Positions 19,935-32,096 are shown, counted from the stretch's first letter. The stretch: DNA of 64,000 nt from a virus (IMGVR_UViG_3300021400_000552:51676-115675), one strand, 5' to 3'. Made by a program: numbers and translations. Notes: a model not told the origin generated them from the sequence alone.

Positions 19935-20456
19935 TCACCTACTATATAAAATAATTGTTTTATTATTTAAGGTACTCTGAACATCGATCACTCTTTGATT
20001 TGAACTACCCCTAAACGGTAATGTAATGTTGCGATTTTCAGATTCAAATTTGCCATCGATTAGAACATTTGTATTTGACAAAACTGTTTGTAGATATACA
20101 TTTTGTCGCGCTTCTTGCATTAAGTATTCAAATTCATATCCAGTCCAGATAAATATTAAAATGTTTGGATATTTTTGTTTGACTTTAGAAATGAGTCGTG
20201 TAGTAAATTCAAGATTTTCTTCGCACAATGGCTCGCCACCAAGGACAGACAAATTGCGCTGTATGCCATTTTCAGCAATAGCGGAATCTATAAGCTCCAA
20301 AAGATCATCTTCGTCTATTTCATTACCGCCATCAAAATCCCAAGTTTGTGGGTTATGGCATCCGGGGCATCGAAAGCGACACCCCTGACACCAATAACTC
20401 ACACAAACGTCATATCCATTTACCACATCGTTACGAATAATGCCTGCATATTTCAT
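19935..20456 (-). CDS. nrdG: Anaerobic ribonucleotide reductase activase
   Basis: QGCRFRCPGCHNPQTW radical-SAM motif, LGGEP and FRGSSNQR. Confidence 0.92.
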   Translation of the reverse strand: MKYAGIIRNDVVNGYDVCVSYWCQGCRFRCPGCHNPQTWDFDGGNEIDEDDLLELIDSAIAENGIQRNLSVLGGEPLCEENLEFTTRLISKVKQKYPNILIFIWTGYEFEYLMQEARQNVYLQTVLSNTNVLIDGKFESENRNITLPFRGSSNQRVIDVQSTLNNKTIILYSR

Positions 20457-23400
20457 TGATGTTTCACTCTCATATTTACTTCCTGTTGTTTACCCTTATT
20501 AAAAGCTGTTGTGTAATTACCTGTTAAATATCCAGTTACCCTACGTAATTGTTGAATATCGTGACTCCCACACATTGGGCATGTGTCATTAAATTCGCCA
20601 GTAAAGCCACATTTTAAGCATGTATCATTTGGCACGTTAACCGCAAAGTACGGAATGTCATGATCCATGGCATAGTTAACGATCGTTTCTAACGCCTTTG
20701 TATTGTTTTTTACTCCGCCATCAAGTTCCACATATGTAATACATCCAGCAGAACTGTATCCAGTTAGTTGTGATTCAATATCAATTTTTTCGAATGGACT
20801 TATATTTTTCCAAACGGGAACATGCATTGAATTTGTAAAAAAGTCTTTATCGCTAATATTTTTAATTTCTCCATATGATTCTTTAAATTTTCGCATTGCT
20901 GTATAGCAAAGATTTTCTGCAGGTGTAAAATACACGCCAAAATTCAATTTGTATTTTTGTTTAAATTCGGCGCATCTTTGCTTGAATAGTTCTTCAATAC
21001 GTTTTGCAAGTTCCATTCCGCGTTCATCCGTGTGGTCACAGCCAATTAGGATCTGTAATGTTTCTGCCAATCCAAGTTGCCCAATGGCCAGCGTTCCATG
21101 TTTCAAGGCACTACGAATTCCCTCTTCTGGGACATACCCCGCCATAGTTCCGTTTTGATACATGAAAGTGGCCGCTTCTGGTGGTTGTGCACATATCCAT
21201 TCAAATCTTTCAATAAGAGAATCTTTGGCTTCTTGGATCTTTGTGTCTAATAAATCGATAAATTGATCGACATCCTTATTCCCAATATCGCCATCTACCT
21301 CCATTGCTAAAGTTGGCATAATAATTGTTGTTGGGCAGATATTTCCACGACCATCTTTTAACTGACCGAAACCGTTAATATCAAGACCATTTGCCGTTCT
21401 GCAGCCCATGGTGCTAAAGAATGTTCTTGGATCATTTACATCGTATCCAGCGTTTCCGCTCCAATCTACGTTCGCATAGTTTGGATATAGCCGCTTTGAT
21501 GTTGATTCTAATGCCAGTTGGAACAGATCGTAATTTGGATCGCCCGGTTTGCGATTAACGCCATTCATACACTGGAATATTCCACATGGAAAGATTGGTG
21601 TTTTATGAAGTTTACCGATACCAGCAATAGATACATCAAGTAATGCTTTTGTAATAAGTCTGCCTTCCGGCAACGTACATGTGCCGTAATTAATTGAAGA
21701 GAATGGCAACTGATTACCCGACCTAGATTGTAATGTATTCCATAATGTTCACGTAGATTCGCTACTTTCTACGCAGTTCTCTTATGAACTTCTGCATATC
21801 ACTATGCAGATCAGACTATATCTTCACCCTCGAATATATGAGGGGGCTATCTTTTCCATGCGCTTGCATGTACTCCATATTTGGATAGTCGTTAGACATT
21901 TATACATTATTTATTAATTATATCGAAAATGATAACCATGAGTGCTTTTATGCCTGCCTTTGCAACAGGCGCAAATTGCCGTTGCGTATATATTTAATTG
22001 TCTACCACATTCTTGTATAGATGGGTACACCTTATCTGTTTCGTAACAATAAACTTTCTTTTTTTCATGTGAATCTGAAATCTTTTTTCTTGTTGCCATA
22101 CTTGGACTTTTGTGTGGTTTGTTTTTCTTTGCAGCTGATATATTTTTTCGATGCTCTGTTGATAATTTTTTGCCCTTTTGTGCCATACTGATTTTCTTTT
22201 TCTTTTCTTCAGAACATATTTTTCCTAAGCCATTTTTATTACCACGCATTATTTGTGACATATATTGTCTTATTTCCAACGGCATAGATGGAGCTGTGCC
22301 ACCCTCCATAATATTATATCCAAATGCCTTATCTTGAGTTTTATACTCACGTATAAGTCGTTTTTCTAATTCACAAGCCTCTTCTTTAGACAAATTTGAT
22401 TTAATAATTTCGTGTTCAAAATTACTCCACCCATATTTATTTATAGCGTTAAAAAAGTATGGTGAACTTCGATATTTGATTCCATTTAGGCCACATCTTT
22501 CCTCTAATGTGCGTTTTGTGATTCCTATATATTGTTTATTGTTAAGTTTATTGATATGTCTATATACGCAATATTTATCACTCATAATTAAATAATGTAA
22601 TTTAGTACGGTATTGTCTCAGTGAGATGTTCACCGTTTAGATAGCTATGTTCCCAATATTACTATTGGGTCGCCCAAATATTTATAGGTTATGATACATT
22701 CCCTCGACGGCCTGGTACGCTTCTCTCATCGTCATATCTAATGCATACTTATATACCTCCGGCATATCTTTATAAAATTCCGCCTCAATAGATAGGTCTG
22801 CCGGATCACAACTTAATGCGATTTCATCTATTTTTTCTAAATACTTGGCGCCATCTTTATAATGTTTATAAAACGATTTCCTCACATATGGAACCATAGA
22901 ATGATCCAGATGTGTTGCGCTCACGCCTCCAAACTGTTGCAAACTTTGAATCTGGAATAATACAGCTACTAATTGCATCGCAGTGCTGATAGACTGTGCT
23001 GGTCTTACATCTGTCTGTCGCGTTTCAAATCCGTTTGCCAACAAATCATCGATAGGCACCGACAAACAATTGTGATCACCGAGTGCATAATGTCCAAGAT
23101 CGTGAATATATACCATGTTATTAACATGATTATCTCTTGTAGTCTGAGACACTAATTCGTTCAACGCATAAGCTTTTAACACACTTTCTGCCGTTTCACC
23201 CATACGACCACCAAATGATTTTTCATCTACATTTGCATTCTGATTTTGTACATTACTGGCTTGTGCTTTTTCACGCACAATGTTCATAATATCGCTACGC
23301 ATTTCTCGTCTACGTGTACGTTGATCGCGATATAAAATATATGCTTTTGCTACATCTTTACGATTGCTGGCCATTAATTTTTTTTCGACGATATCTTGTA

Positions 23401-23578
23401 TTTCTTCGACCGTCATATCTTTGTTCATAGATTTGACATAGCGCGCAATTGTTTGCGCCTTTAACTTTGCAGCCGAAGTTAATTCTCCATCAACCTCCAA
23501 AAAGGCTTTTGTAATGGCAGAAATTATCTTCGTAATATCAAAATCATCTTTGCGGCCATCTCTTTTAGTCACAATCAT
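20453..23578 (-). CDS. nrdD: Anaerobic (class III) ribonucleotide reductase, spliced: exons 23578-22686 and 21740-20453 (726 aa)
   Basis: ATP-cone N-terminus, HNC, MGCR, CxxC..CPxC and the RRVTGYL glycyl-radical motif. Joining CT|G restores YHNLNTLQSRSGNQLPF. Confidence 0.9.
21741..22685 (-). mobile_element. Group I intron in nrdD
   Basis: The 5' exon ends in U and the intron ends in G. R-like GTCTAACGACTA (21886-21897) and S-like AAGATATAGTCTG (21812-21824) core motifs are present, and removal restores the frame. Confidence 0.88.
21914..22585 (-). CDS. Intron-encoded GIY-YIG homing endonuclease
   Basis: CVY..(10)..YIG..R motif, NUMOD3-like KKKIS repeats and a NUMOD1-like C-terminus (YPSIQEC..I..CCKG). 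Confidence 0.85.
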   Translation of the reverse strand: MSDKYCVYRHINKLNNKQYIGITKRTLEERCGLNGIKYRSSPYFFNAINKYGWSNFEHEIIKSNLSKEEACELEKRLIREYKTQDKAFGYNIMEGGTAPSMPLEIRQYMSQIMRGNKNGLGKICSEEKKKKISMAQKGKKLSTEHRKNISAAKKNKPHKSPSMATRKKISDSHEKKKVYCYETDKVYPSIQECGRQLNIYATAICACCKGRHKSTHGYHFRYN

Positions 23579-24158
23579 CTAATTCTTCCTCACTTTCAAG
23601 CCACGCCAGTGTCGTGACGTAATCGTATATTTCCTTCCATGTTTTTGCTCTAATCGCACCAATCCCAGTTTCGTCACACCATTGATTATGTGGACGATCA
23701 AATAAGATTTTGGCGCAACCAGATTTCATCGAACATAAATTCGCTGGGTTATCATCGATTAAGATGTCGACATCTATGATGTGTTTTGCAGATGTCAGTA
23801 CAATGCTCTGTTCATCAATAAATGGGAAATGATTTAATAATCTGCGTATCTTCGCTGGGGCAGTATCTGGATAGGTTGCTGTTACGATATACACATCAAT
23901 ATCATCATGTTCATTAATTAGTTTCCATAAATATGTAATCGATCCATCTACAGCACCAACAGTTCGCCAAAACAGATTTTCATGTAATATATTGAAAAAT
24001 GAATCTCTGTTTCCCTTGTGAATATATTGAGCAATATCCCACGATTTTATGTCGTCCGGCACTACATTGTCTCCAGTTAATTCATTATGTCTGATTAACC
24101 AGGCATCTGTTGTGTTAAGCAAAACGTCGTCAACATCAATTCCTATTCTAATTGTCAC
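23565..24158 (-). CDS. 5'(3')-deoxyribonucleotidase (HAD/NT5C)
   Basis: IGIDVDDVL, IVTA, K and LIDD motifs. Confidence 0.8.
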   Translation of the reverse strand: MTIRIGIDVDDVLLNTTDAWLIRHNELTGDNVVPDDIKSWDIAQYIHKGNRDSFFNILHENLFWRTVGAVDGSITYLWKLINEHDDIDVYIVTATYPDTAPAKIRRLLNHFPFIDEQSIVLTSAKHIIDVDILIDDNPANLCSMKSGCAKILFDRPHNQWCDETGIGAIRAKTWKEIYDYVTTLAWLESEEELDDCD

Positions 24159-24162
24159 TCCA

Positions 24163-24741
24163 TCACCTCCCTTCGGCGCTCATTCTCTCGTCTAATGCCG
24201 CATTAGTCATTGTACGCAACAACGTAGCCGCCTTGTGCACATTTGCCACAACTACTGGCAACACATCGTTCGCATCAACATGTGTTGGAATTTTATTTTC
24301 AACGTCGCGAAACTTTTTTTTATCATTACGCAAACGTCTCTTGATGTTATAATCGCTATCTCCCCGTTCTCTCATACGTTCCTTACATGTCTTCACACTT
24401 GCGTCAAGATAGATAGGTATTACCATTTTAGGACCTTTATATAAATGCTTAAAATAATCATATCCGTCTGGATCAATAACATAAACATCAGCATCGTTGA
24501 CCTGATCTACCGTAGCACAATATTTATATCCGTCAAACTCTGTATATGCACAAATCCCAGACAATCGATTAAATTCATCTTCTGAAACAAAGATGTGCCC
24601 AGTCTCATTTTCACTACGTTTCGGCCGCGTTGTATAGCTTTGCAGCACACGCCAATTAAAACCTCTTTGTAGTTCATTACACACACTTGTTTTCCCACTA
24701 CCAGATTTTCCAATTAATAAAACTATAGCCTCTTTTGCCAA
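24163..24741 (-). CDS. gmk: Guanylate kinase-like protein
   Basis: GKSGSGKT P-loop, SYTTRPKR..E..GH.F and VID.DG. Confidence 0.8.
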   Translation of the reverse strand: MAKEAIVLLIGKSGSGKTSVCNELQRGFNWRVLQSYTTRPKRSENETGHIFVSEDEFNRLSGICAYTEFDGYKYCATVDQVNDADVYVIDPDGYDYFKHLYKGPKMVIPIYLDASVKTCKERMRERGDSDYNIKRRLRNDKKKFRDVENKIPTHVDANDVLPVVVANVHKAATLLRTMTNAALDERMSAEGR

Positions 24742-25026
24742 ATCTATACCTCCAATATGTCATGTTTGTTGTACATCATAATAATTGGAGCATTTCCATC
24801 ATGATTCATATATGGTATGGCTCGTGCCGTGTTATAACTTATAAATTCATTGGCATCCTCATACGTCATACCATCATCTCTCATCAGCTCCCATACCATA
24901 TCTTCCCAATTATATATTACGCGATCGTCGTGCGATAACCCGATGATTGATTGATCGAACGATGGATTATCTAATACAACCACGCTGTCTCCACAAAGTT
25001 CCGCTATATTTGCGCGTATTTTTTGA

Positions 25027-25641
25027 TCAATCATTAAGAAAAATCTCCTTAAAATATGGCAAACGTTTAATCCAGGCACAAATTTCATGCCACTCTTTTA
25101 GACGATGATTTTTTCTAGATTGATAGATGTTGTATAGAACCTCATAGTTTGTGTGCCATGTAAATCGATAATTGTAACTTTGTGGTAGTAGCTGCCTCAT
25201 TGCGCGAAAATAATCATAGTCGCCAGTCTCAATGTATTGCTGACGTAAGTAATTAATCTGTGCAATAATTGCAAGCCACAGCTTTTTATTTGTGCAACCA
25301 TTTTCATCTATCGTAAAATCATCAAGTGAAAAATCCTTAGATGCTCCCTTATGCTGCAATGAACATGAATTGCGAGTTGTACCGATCTTATATGTATCCA
25401 ATTCATTGGTAATATAGTTGGGAGCTTCGATATCCGTCCATACATCAATCATCCTCGCAAATTTACGATGATCTGTTCCGGCTTTTGCGAGTTTACTCAT
25501 AAGGGCTAAATCAGCCTCACCTATCTTAAATTCTTTGTTTGCATTATAATAACTATCACTTTTACCCCATGATTCATGCGGATTTCGCATCCCGCGAATA
25601 GCGGGAGCGAAACCAGCAACGCTTGTATTGTATATTCTCAA
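25027..25641 (-). CDS. ThyX-like (FAD-dependent thymidylate synthase-like) phage protein
   Basis: H.KF.R, AP, ELDTY, R.LLPQS, NYE.L..IY..RK.H..EW pattern, in a nucleotide metabolism cluster. Confidence 0.5.
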   Translation of the reverse strand: MRIYNTSVAGFAPAIRGMRNPHESWGKSDSYYNANKEFKIGEADLALMSKLAKAGTDHRKFARMIDVWTDIEAPNYITNELDTYKIGTTRNSCSLQHKGASKDFSLDDFTIDENGCTNKKLWLAIIAQINYLRQQYIETGDYDYFRAMRQLLPQSYNYRFTWHTNYEVLYNIYQSRKNHRLKEWHEICAWIKRLPYFKEIFLND

Positions 25642-25771
25642 CTACTCCTCCCCATTGACAGTATCCGCTTCACTGTCTTTGCCTTCATCAGTTTGCGGCA
25701 TAGCAATCGCTTCAATTTGAGCTAATAAACGTATGCTGTCTACCAAGTAAATACTGCTTTCGCCCTTAGTT

Positions 25772-26305
25772 TCAACCTTCATCAAATTCTGACGAATTGT
25801 CGTCAATGCCTCTAATAACGTCATTTAACTTACTCCCTTCAGTAGCCTTTATAAAATCTGCAAAACACGATGCACAGTCAGTAACCTCAACGCCAAAAAA
25901 TCGTGCTAAGTATTGGATAAATATTTGATTTGACTCAATAGCCAAGTTCAACAACGAATCATCATCATCGGATGAAAGCCAGGATTCCCATGCGCACATA
26001 TTTGTAATTGCGAGATGTTTTACCATACACCATAATTCTTTGTCCCCGTCTTCAAAAAGTGCATATGCCGCAAGCATGAGCTGCCGTCTTAATTGGGCCA
26101 ATTCCATGAGGTCAGAGCGATATTCTTGCGCCTTTTGTGCAAGCTCTAATCCCGCGTTTGGGTCATCTTGATTATAAAATCCGTGCTTGAGATCAGATGT
26201 GGTCTTTTCAAAGATAGTTTTAAGATGCATCTCGGCACAGGCTGCGTTAGCAAATGCTCTAACTAAGTCTTCTGCTGTGCCGCTGTTGCTATATGTATTA
26301 TTCAT
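25772..26305 (-). CDS. Hypothetical protein
   Basis: 177 aa ORF in the operon, with WC..KH and CxxC. Confidence 0.5.
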   Translation of the reverse strand: MNNTYSNSGTAEDLVRAFANAACAEMHLKTIFEKTTSDLKHGFYNQDDPNAGLELAQKAQEYRSDLMELAQLRRQLMLAAYALFEDGDKELWCMVKHLAITNMCAWESWLSSDDDDSLLNLAIESNQIFIQYLARFFGVEVTDCASCFADFIKATEGSKLNDVIRGIDDNSSEFDEG

Positions 26306-27323
26306 GTGGCCGTTATCCTATTCGTAATTTAATTCAAAGTTATCTATATACTTATTGTTTGCGTATATCAATCTCGCTGGTTTCGATATCGTATCTCCAT
26401 TCTGTAGATTGATTAACCGTTCCCCTCGGAAAACAGCTTTCATTGGTCTTGCATCTTGAGCTATTTGATTAACAACTTCCTGGCATTGCATAATGATAAT
26501 TTGATATGGCGCAGATAAATGTTGTGACCCAACAACTTGATCCCCTACGGTAATTTCCGCGTCTATATCAAACATTGATATGTTGCCGCCAAAACTAAAA
26601 TTAATCATCTTCGTTTACCCGTGATATATATCTTGCAGATGGTGTGATGCGAATAGTGTGCGTAAAACAATTATTAATTCTGTAGCAGTGTCCTTAATAT
26701 ACTTGTGATCGTCTTCAATATCATATACTGCATCTTCCACCGCAGAGATATATTTGTTTAAGTGTGTTATTTCATCCTTATGTAATGTAATATCATTACA
26801 GCTATCACTCATAATCATCCTCCCATTTTGGTTATTCCTTAAATTCGCGTTCTTTTTGACGCACGATATAATCCAAGACGCACGCTAGCACATACCCGTT
26901 GCGTGCCATTGTATTAGTATCTGGTGCTTCCCACACTGGAACACAATAATTTTCAAGGATATCATCTATCTCTTCATACGAAAACGCGTACATAGTATTT
27001 TGTTTACACATATTCATCGTCCTCCGCAGCAATAATGCCATGCATAATTTTGTTTAGCACTTCATTTAAATCGTGCCCCTGTGTGTAGATACTTGCACTC
27101 ACCGGCTCCATCACTTCATCGTCATCGTCACAATCTTGAGATTTACATGAACAATTGTCACGCTGTTCATTATCCCATTGATTAATAACTTTCATCGTGA
27201 TAACCGTATCGATCATAACTGCAAGCTGATATCCCATCCTTGCCATCTTTTGATTGTCAAATGTGTTTAAGATTAATTCAACCTGTGCGCGAAGCATATC
27301 CACTTCTTTGTCAGTTAATGTAA

Positions 27324-28034
27324 TCATTGTTTTGCCACCTCAATTCTTTGTTTTGCTATTTCAAAATATTCCGGGTTTATTTCAATTCCAATAAATTTTC
27401 TTTTGAGATTTGATGCCGCCACTCCGGTCGACCCTCCGCCCATACAATTATCCAAGACTGTATCTCCAATATCTGTATATGTATTGATGAGATATTCAAG
27501 TAATGCTACCGGCTTTTGAGTCGGATGCACTTTGTCCTTATCGCGATTAAACTGAATAATATCGATTGGGTACCGCTTACCATTATTATTCGTAGTCACT
27601 CTATGATAATCTCCATAGTTATTGCTGTCAGAGTGTTGTTGAATAGTATATGGCTTGAAGCCAGTTCGCATTTGTGGGTGATAAGTTGGTAATTTTTTAT
27701 AAAAAACACATATATTTTCATGTATTTTCATTGGCATTTTCTTTGCGTTTAAGAACCCGGTGCCCATTTCTTTTTGCCAAATCCATTCGTATCTAAACAT
27801 CTTTAAGTTGCTATTTACTAATACGGCTGTAAATGGCATTTGACTAAACAAAACGATTGCGCCATGATCTTTAATTATTCTGTTATATTGTTCCCACAAT
27901 GCTTCTAGCGGAATGACTGAATCCCATTTATTTTGTGTTGTACCATAAGGAAGATCGCATAAGATAAGGTCGATGGATTTCGACGGAATATCATCCATGA
28001 TTTCCAGGCAGTCGCCTTGCCTTAATTCAATCAT
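27324..28034 (-). CDS. Orphan N6A/N4C DNA methyltransferase (beta class)
   Basis: GDCL, DLPYG, HPTQKP, VLDNCMGGGSTG and GIE motifs; no cognate restriction gene nearby. Confidence 0.85.
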   Translation of the reverse strand: MIELRQGDCLEIMDDIPSKSIDLILCDLPYGTTQNKWDSVIPLEALWEQYNRIIKDHGAIVLFSQMPFTAVLVNSNLKMFRYEWIWQKEMGTGFLNAKKMPMKIHENICVFYKKLPTYHPQMRTGFKPYTIQQHSDSNNYGDYHRVTTNNNGKRYPIDIIQFNRDKDKVHPTQKPVALLEYLINTYTDIGDTVLDNCMGGGSTGVAASNLKRKFIGIEINPEYFEIAKQRIEVAKQ

Positions 28035-28519
28035 TTTATTTTCTCTCGCAACCAATATATAAAGGTGCTGTAGATCCAAAGTGCTGATTGACTAGAATCT
28101 GGCATGAACACGACTTCTAGATTGTAACGATGATTAAATGCGTGAAGAGTGGCTAAATAGGACTTCGGGCTGTAATCAGAACGATAATTGCCATTAATAA
28201 TGTCATTGTATGTACTATTTTCAATAAGTAAATATTTTTTGCCGTTAAAAGTTGCCATCTCTTCTTCGAATCGAGTACGATGCTGTGTTAGATTGCCAGC
28301 CAATTCGTCAAGTGACGCCTTGCGTTCAATGGCGATTTCCTTGTCAAATCGTAGTTCTCGCTCGATATTAAGTTGCTGATCAGCTGGAATATAAAATGAA
28401 TAATCACAGTTATCAAGTTTTTTCTTTTTATAGGGAATATGCTTTTGATCAAGCCAATTCGTGATATTTTTATTAACCTTTTCTCTTGTATCTATCAATA
28501 TTCCGATAGAACCGAGCAA
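28031..28519 (-). CDS. ERCC4-domain nuclease (start uncertain)
   Basis: IDTRE, DYS and IERKAS..EL motifs. Confidence 0.8.
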   Translation of the reverse strand: MLGSIGILIDTREKVNKNITNWLDQKHIPYKKKKLDNCDYSFYIPADQQLNIERELRFDKEIAIERKASLDELAGNLTQHRTRFEEEMATFNGKKYLLIENSTYNDIINGNYRSDYSPKSYLATLHAFNHRYNLEVVFMPDSSQSALWIYSTFIYWLREKIK

Positions 28520-28811
28520 CTTTTTCTTTTCTGTTTCTGTATAGTAATAGTTGTTTAAAATTCCATAATCACCCCTTTTGTATGCTGCGTAAGACGCGAT
28601 TTAAGCGATTTTATTTTAGTGAGTCGATAAATTAGTTGGCCTTTCAATTTCAATATATTCAATTGAATCCAAATTATATAATCCGATCCACTGTTTTTCA
28701 TAAATGACGATAAAATATTTTCCATCATACTTATAATCGGTATAATCCGACGTATTATAATGTGCCATATCACCGTTCTTAAATACAATTTCAATCATTC
28801 TCTCACCACCT

Positions 28812-31800
28812 TTATGATTCAACTTTGCGCCAACGTTTTAAGATTGTTTCCAGTTCATCAATTTGTATCCATTGATCATCTTGTTTCTTCCATTTACGTT
28901 CATCGCTGGCACTTAGCGTTAATATAATGTCGTTCTTCTGTATAGGATTTTGTTCAAAGGCTTTGCCTTTTATCTTGACTGTCTCAGTCTCTCCAGTTTT
29001 GAGGCGATATAATTCTACGATTCTGTTGTAATACTTATCATTAATATCAACGACAAATGCTAATTTTGCATCAGCATTAGGCTTTATAGTTTCGATGTAT
29101 CCAAGATATTCTCTTTGATACTTCATCTTATCAACAATGCTAGTTTGGCGTTCTTTCCCATCGTCCAAGGCTCTGATCAGTTTCATAGAATCGTCAATTT
29201 TGAACATTTTTTCGGTTTCCATAAAACCTAAATTTGATAGAATTTTTTGTTCGTTTTTGTTGACATTTTGCTTCGAAATTTGCTTTCTTTCATGCCATTT
29301 TGTCAACAATTTATTCTGATATAATAACTTTTTTGGACTTCCGAACTCTGAAAAAAAATCAAGTTTGATTAATATATCTAATTGATCAGATTGCACAGAC
29401 GTTTCAGCGTGAATCGCCTCTAGCAGCTCATAAAAGTCACTATACTCTCTCTTACCAAGTTCAAACAATTCGTTTGAGATTTTGCGATTTAAATTCTTTA
29501 CAGATGCCAACCCTTTATAAATTGTGTTTGTGGCTTTATCATAAGTATACTCCGGCCTTGAATGTCTAAATTTGATGGATGATAATGTTAGTCCAAAATA
29601 GTCAAGTTCTTTTGCCAATCTGCGCGTCTTGTCTTCTTTCTTCTCATAAATATTGAATACCTCTGTGTAATATTCGATTGGGTAATGTGATTTTAGGTAG
29701 GCGCAATATAGACAATCAAGTGCATATGCCGTTCCATGCGGACTATTAAAGCCATACGCCATCATACTCTGCATATCTTCCCAAATATCATCAAACCCAT
29801 CAATAGAACCTGTTTGCTTGATCCAACCTTCTCTCAACCTATCGGTGAGATTATCAAAGTCGCTTTGTTTAATTTTCTTTTTTGAGATTTTCTTGATTAA
29901 CCCAATAGATTCCGCTGGTCCAACACCAAGCCATTCGAAATATTGCATCAAGTTTTCTTGAAATAAGACGAAATGATTAGTCGATTCCAAGATATGGTCA
30001 AGGTCTTTAGACCCGGTAGTGTATGGTTTACGATGAATAAAGTCATCCCTGAACGAATTAAATGATGGGCGAATACATGCAACGAATTGTGCCAGTTCTT
30101 CAAGTGTCTGTGGTTTATATTCCATTACGAGGCTAGTTGCCCATTCGCCATCTACTTGATTCAATGTTGATGTAATTCCATTTGCAAACAGGTCCCAAAC
30201 TTTATCGTCCAATGAATTGATGAGTTCGCGAACGCTCATTATAGGTTGATTAATCGATTTAAAAATCTTATTTATAATGTCCCATACCGTGACGATTAAG
30301 TAATCATTTTTTAAATATTTATATTCATCGGCTTCATCGGATGTTATTAGCGCACACAACACACCTTTGGCGCCTCCAATACGAAACACTCCTATTTCCT
30401 CCCGTATATCTCCGTTAAATAACAGATGCGCACACGGATGTGGGGAGCATGATACGATAGTACCAATATACTTTTGGGCCTCATCAATAAGATCTGACCA
30501 CTCAGGATCATCTCGATATTTGTCAATGTGCATGGCTATCGAATTTGTGAGCGCATATGGTATTCCTCGCGCCCTACATGTATTTCGCACAGCTTCTGAT
30601 TCTTTTAGTGTTCCGTATGCAATCATGGGATAGCATCCATGTTCGCCAAGCAAGTCCTTACTAGCCTTGACGAAAGGCTCCTGCTCAATGATATTATAAT
30701 CAATATCCGGCATAGCTTTATTTTCAAGCAATCTGGCTGTTGACATGAATCGTTCGCTGTAGATTGGTAAATTTATTGCTAACCTATCAATTTCAGTCAT
30801 TCCTAATACTTTATTGATTAAAAATGCACCACCAGAGCCTCGGCCACTACGAGTTAATACGCCACCGTATTCGTCGATCGCTCTGTGCATTAATTTGTAG
30901 TTAAGCAGGAAGTAATCATCACTATGGACGGCGCTAGTTTCTTTGATTACTTGAAATTCCTTTGCTATTTCTTTTCGATATTGATCAATCTTTTCATCTG
31001 GAATGCAATCCTCGCGACACATAACTGGAAATCTTTTAGCAATGATTTTTTTGAGATCGTTTAATTTAACACTTTCATCCGTATTTGGTGGATATATAGA
31101 TGGCATTTTAACGTCTTGGTTCAGAATAATATCTTCACAATCGTCAAAAATTAGAGTCTGTTCAATACTAGATGCTATATCTCGCTCACTTAATATGCCT
31201 TGATTTCTGAATCTATTAAATAACTCTTCGTAAGATGGATAGTCCAGCATAAAGGCATCTTCGTCGCTATACCCTTCACCTTTACGTTTTCCGGCTATCA
31301 GCTCATCTCTATCATTTTTCTGCTCTGGAAAAATATAATGACTATCATTGGCTGCTATCAGATACAATCCATATTTACTGGAAAATAGATACGCCTTCGC
31401 GTTCAGTTCCTTTTGTACATCGACGTTATGCGATTGAACCTCAAGCATGACGTTCTTTCCGTATTTTTCCACTAAAGGTTCAAATATTTGCGATACCACA
31501 TCGTCGTCTCGAATGATTCCGGCAATACACGCTGTTGTTATGAATAACTCATTGGGCTGAAAGTTCTCAAGCAAATCATTCATAAAAAATCTTGGTCGAT
31601 AATAATAACCATCCTCATGAGCGTGTGAACTTGCCAAATTTAACTTTTTCCGAGCTGCATTGGTAGTTGGAATGAGGATAATGTGATAATTACGCCTATC
31701 TTTCTCCAATGGATCTGGTACGATGTAACCTTCAATTCCGAATTTACAATGAATACCTCGTTGCCGACACAGTGTATTGGCCTCGAATATATCTCCGCCA

Positions 31801-31943
31801 GAACCGTGATTTGTTGTGAAATATGTATCCGCACCAAGTTCTTGGATACGATCTAAATAATCAACACATTTGGCATGACTATCAGTTGTCATCAATGATG
31901 ACATATGATCATGTTTGTGGTAATTGTTATATCTTTGCTTCAT
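28812..31943 (-). CDS. dnaE: DNA polymerase III alpha subunit (family C)
   Basis: PHP domain (HKHD, TNHG, ANDSHY), GRGSG, PDID, HPCA, KNDYL and YGFN..H..Y. Confidence 0.9.
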   Translation of the reverse strand: MKQRYNNYHKHDHMSSLMTTDSHAKCVDYLDRIQELGADTYFTTNHGSGGDIFEANTLCRQRGIHCKFGIEGYIVPDPLEKDRRNYHIILIPTTNAARKKLNLASSHAHEDGYYYRPRFFMNDLLENFQPNELFITTACIAGIIRDDDVVSQIFEPLVEKYGKNVMLEVQSHNVDVQKELNAKAYLFSSKYGLYLIAANDSHYIFPEQKNDRDELIAGKRKGEGYSDEDAFMLDYPSYEELFNRFRNQGILSERDIASSIEQTLIFDDCEDIILNQDVKMPSIYPPNTDESVKLNDLKKIIAKRFPVMCREDCIPDEKIDQYRKEIAKEFQVIKETSAVHSDDYFLLNYKLMHRAIDEYGGVLTRSGRGSGGAFLINKVLGMTEIDRLAINLPIYSERFMSTARLLENKAMPDIDYNIIEQEPFVKASKDLLGEHGCYPMIAYGTLKESEAVRNTCRARGIPYALTNSIAMHIDKYRDDPEWSDLIDEAQKYIGTIVSCSPHPCAHLLFNGDIREEIGVFRIGGAKGVLCALITSDEADEYKYLKNDYLIVTVWDIINKIFKSINQPIMSVRELINSLDDKVWDLFANGITSTLNQVDGEWATSLVMEYKPQTLEELAQFVACIRPSFNSFRDDFIHRKPYTTGSKDLDHILESTNHFVLFQENLMQYFEWLGVGPAESIGLIKKISKKKIKQSDFDNLTDRLREGWIKQTGSIDGFDDIWEDMQSMMAYGFNSPHGTAYALDCLYCAYLKSHYPIEYYTEVFNIYEKKEDKTRRLAKELDYFGLTLSSIKFRHSRPEYTYDKATNTIYKGLASVKNLNRKISNELFELGKREYSDFYELLEAIHAETSVQSDQLDILIKLDFFSEFGSPKKLLYQNKLLTKWHERKQISKQNVNKNEQKILSNLGFMETEKMFKIDDSMKLIRALDDGKERQTSIVDKMKYQREYLGYIETIKPNADAKLAFVVDINDKYYNRIVELYRLKTGETETVKIKGKAFEQNPIQKNDIILTLSASDERKWKKQDDQWIQIDELETILKRWRKVES

Positions 31944-32096
31944 AGTAATGTAGTCCTTTAGCTTTGAATTCTCTAGGCATAGGTCTAGTACCAAGAAACC
32001 AACGATTTATAACTCGTCCATAATTACTAACCCGATACCTTTCTTCATATCCACGAACATCTCTCCATTTTTCATGAGTATTCTTTGGAGTATCAC

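Noticed and set aside
20453-23578. nrdD pseudogene, split gene or intein
   Set aside because: An in-frame stop follows exon 1, and group I core motifs with exact splice sites explain the split.
28519-28570. Programmed frameshift at the ERCC4 gene start (RBS-ATG at 28566 is out of frame with ILNNYYYTETEK)
   Set aside because: A single-base sequencing error or an alternative start codon explains it equally well, and there is no further support.
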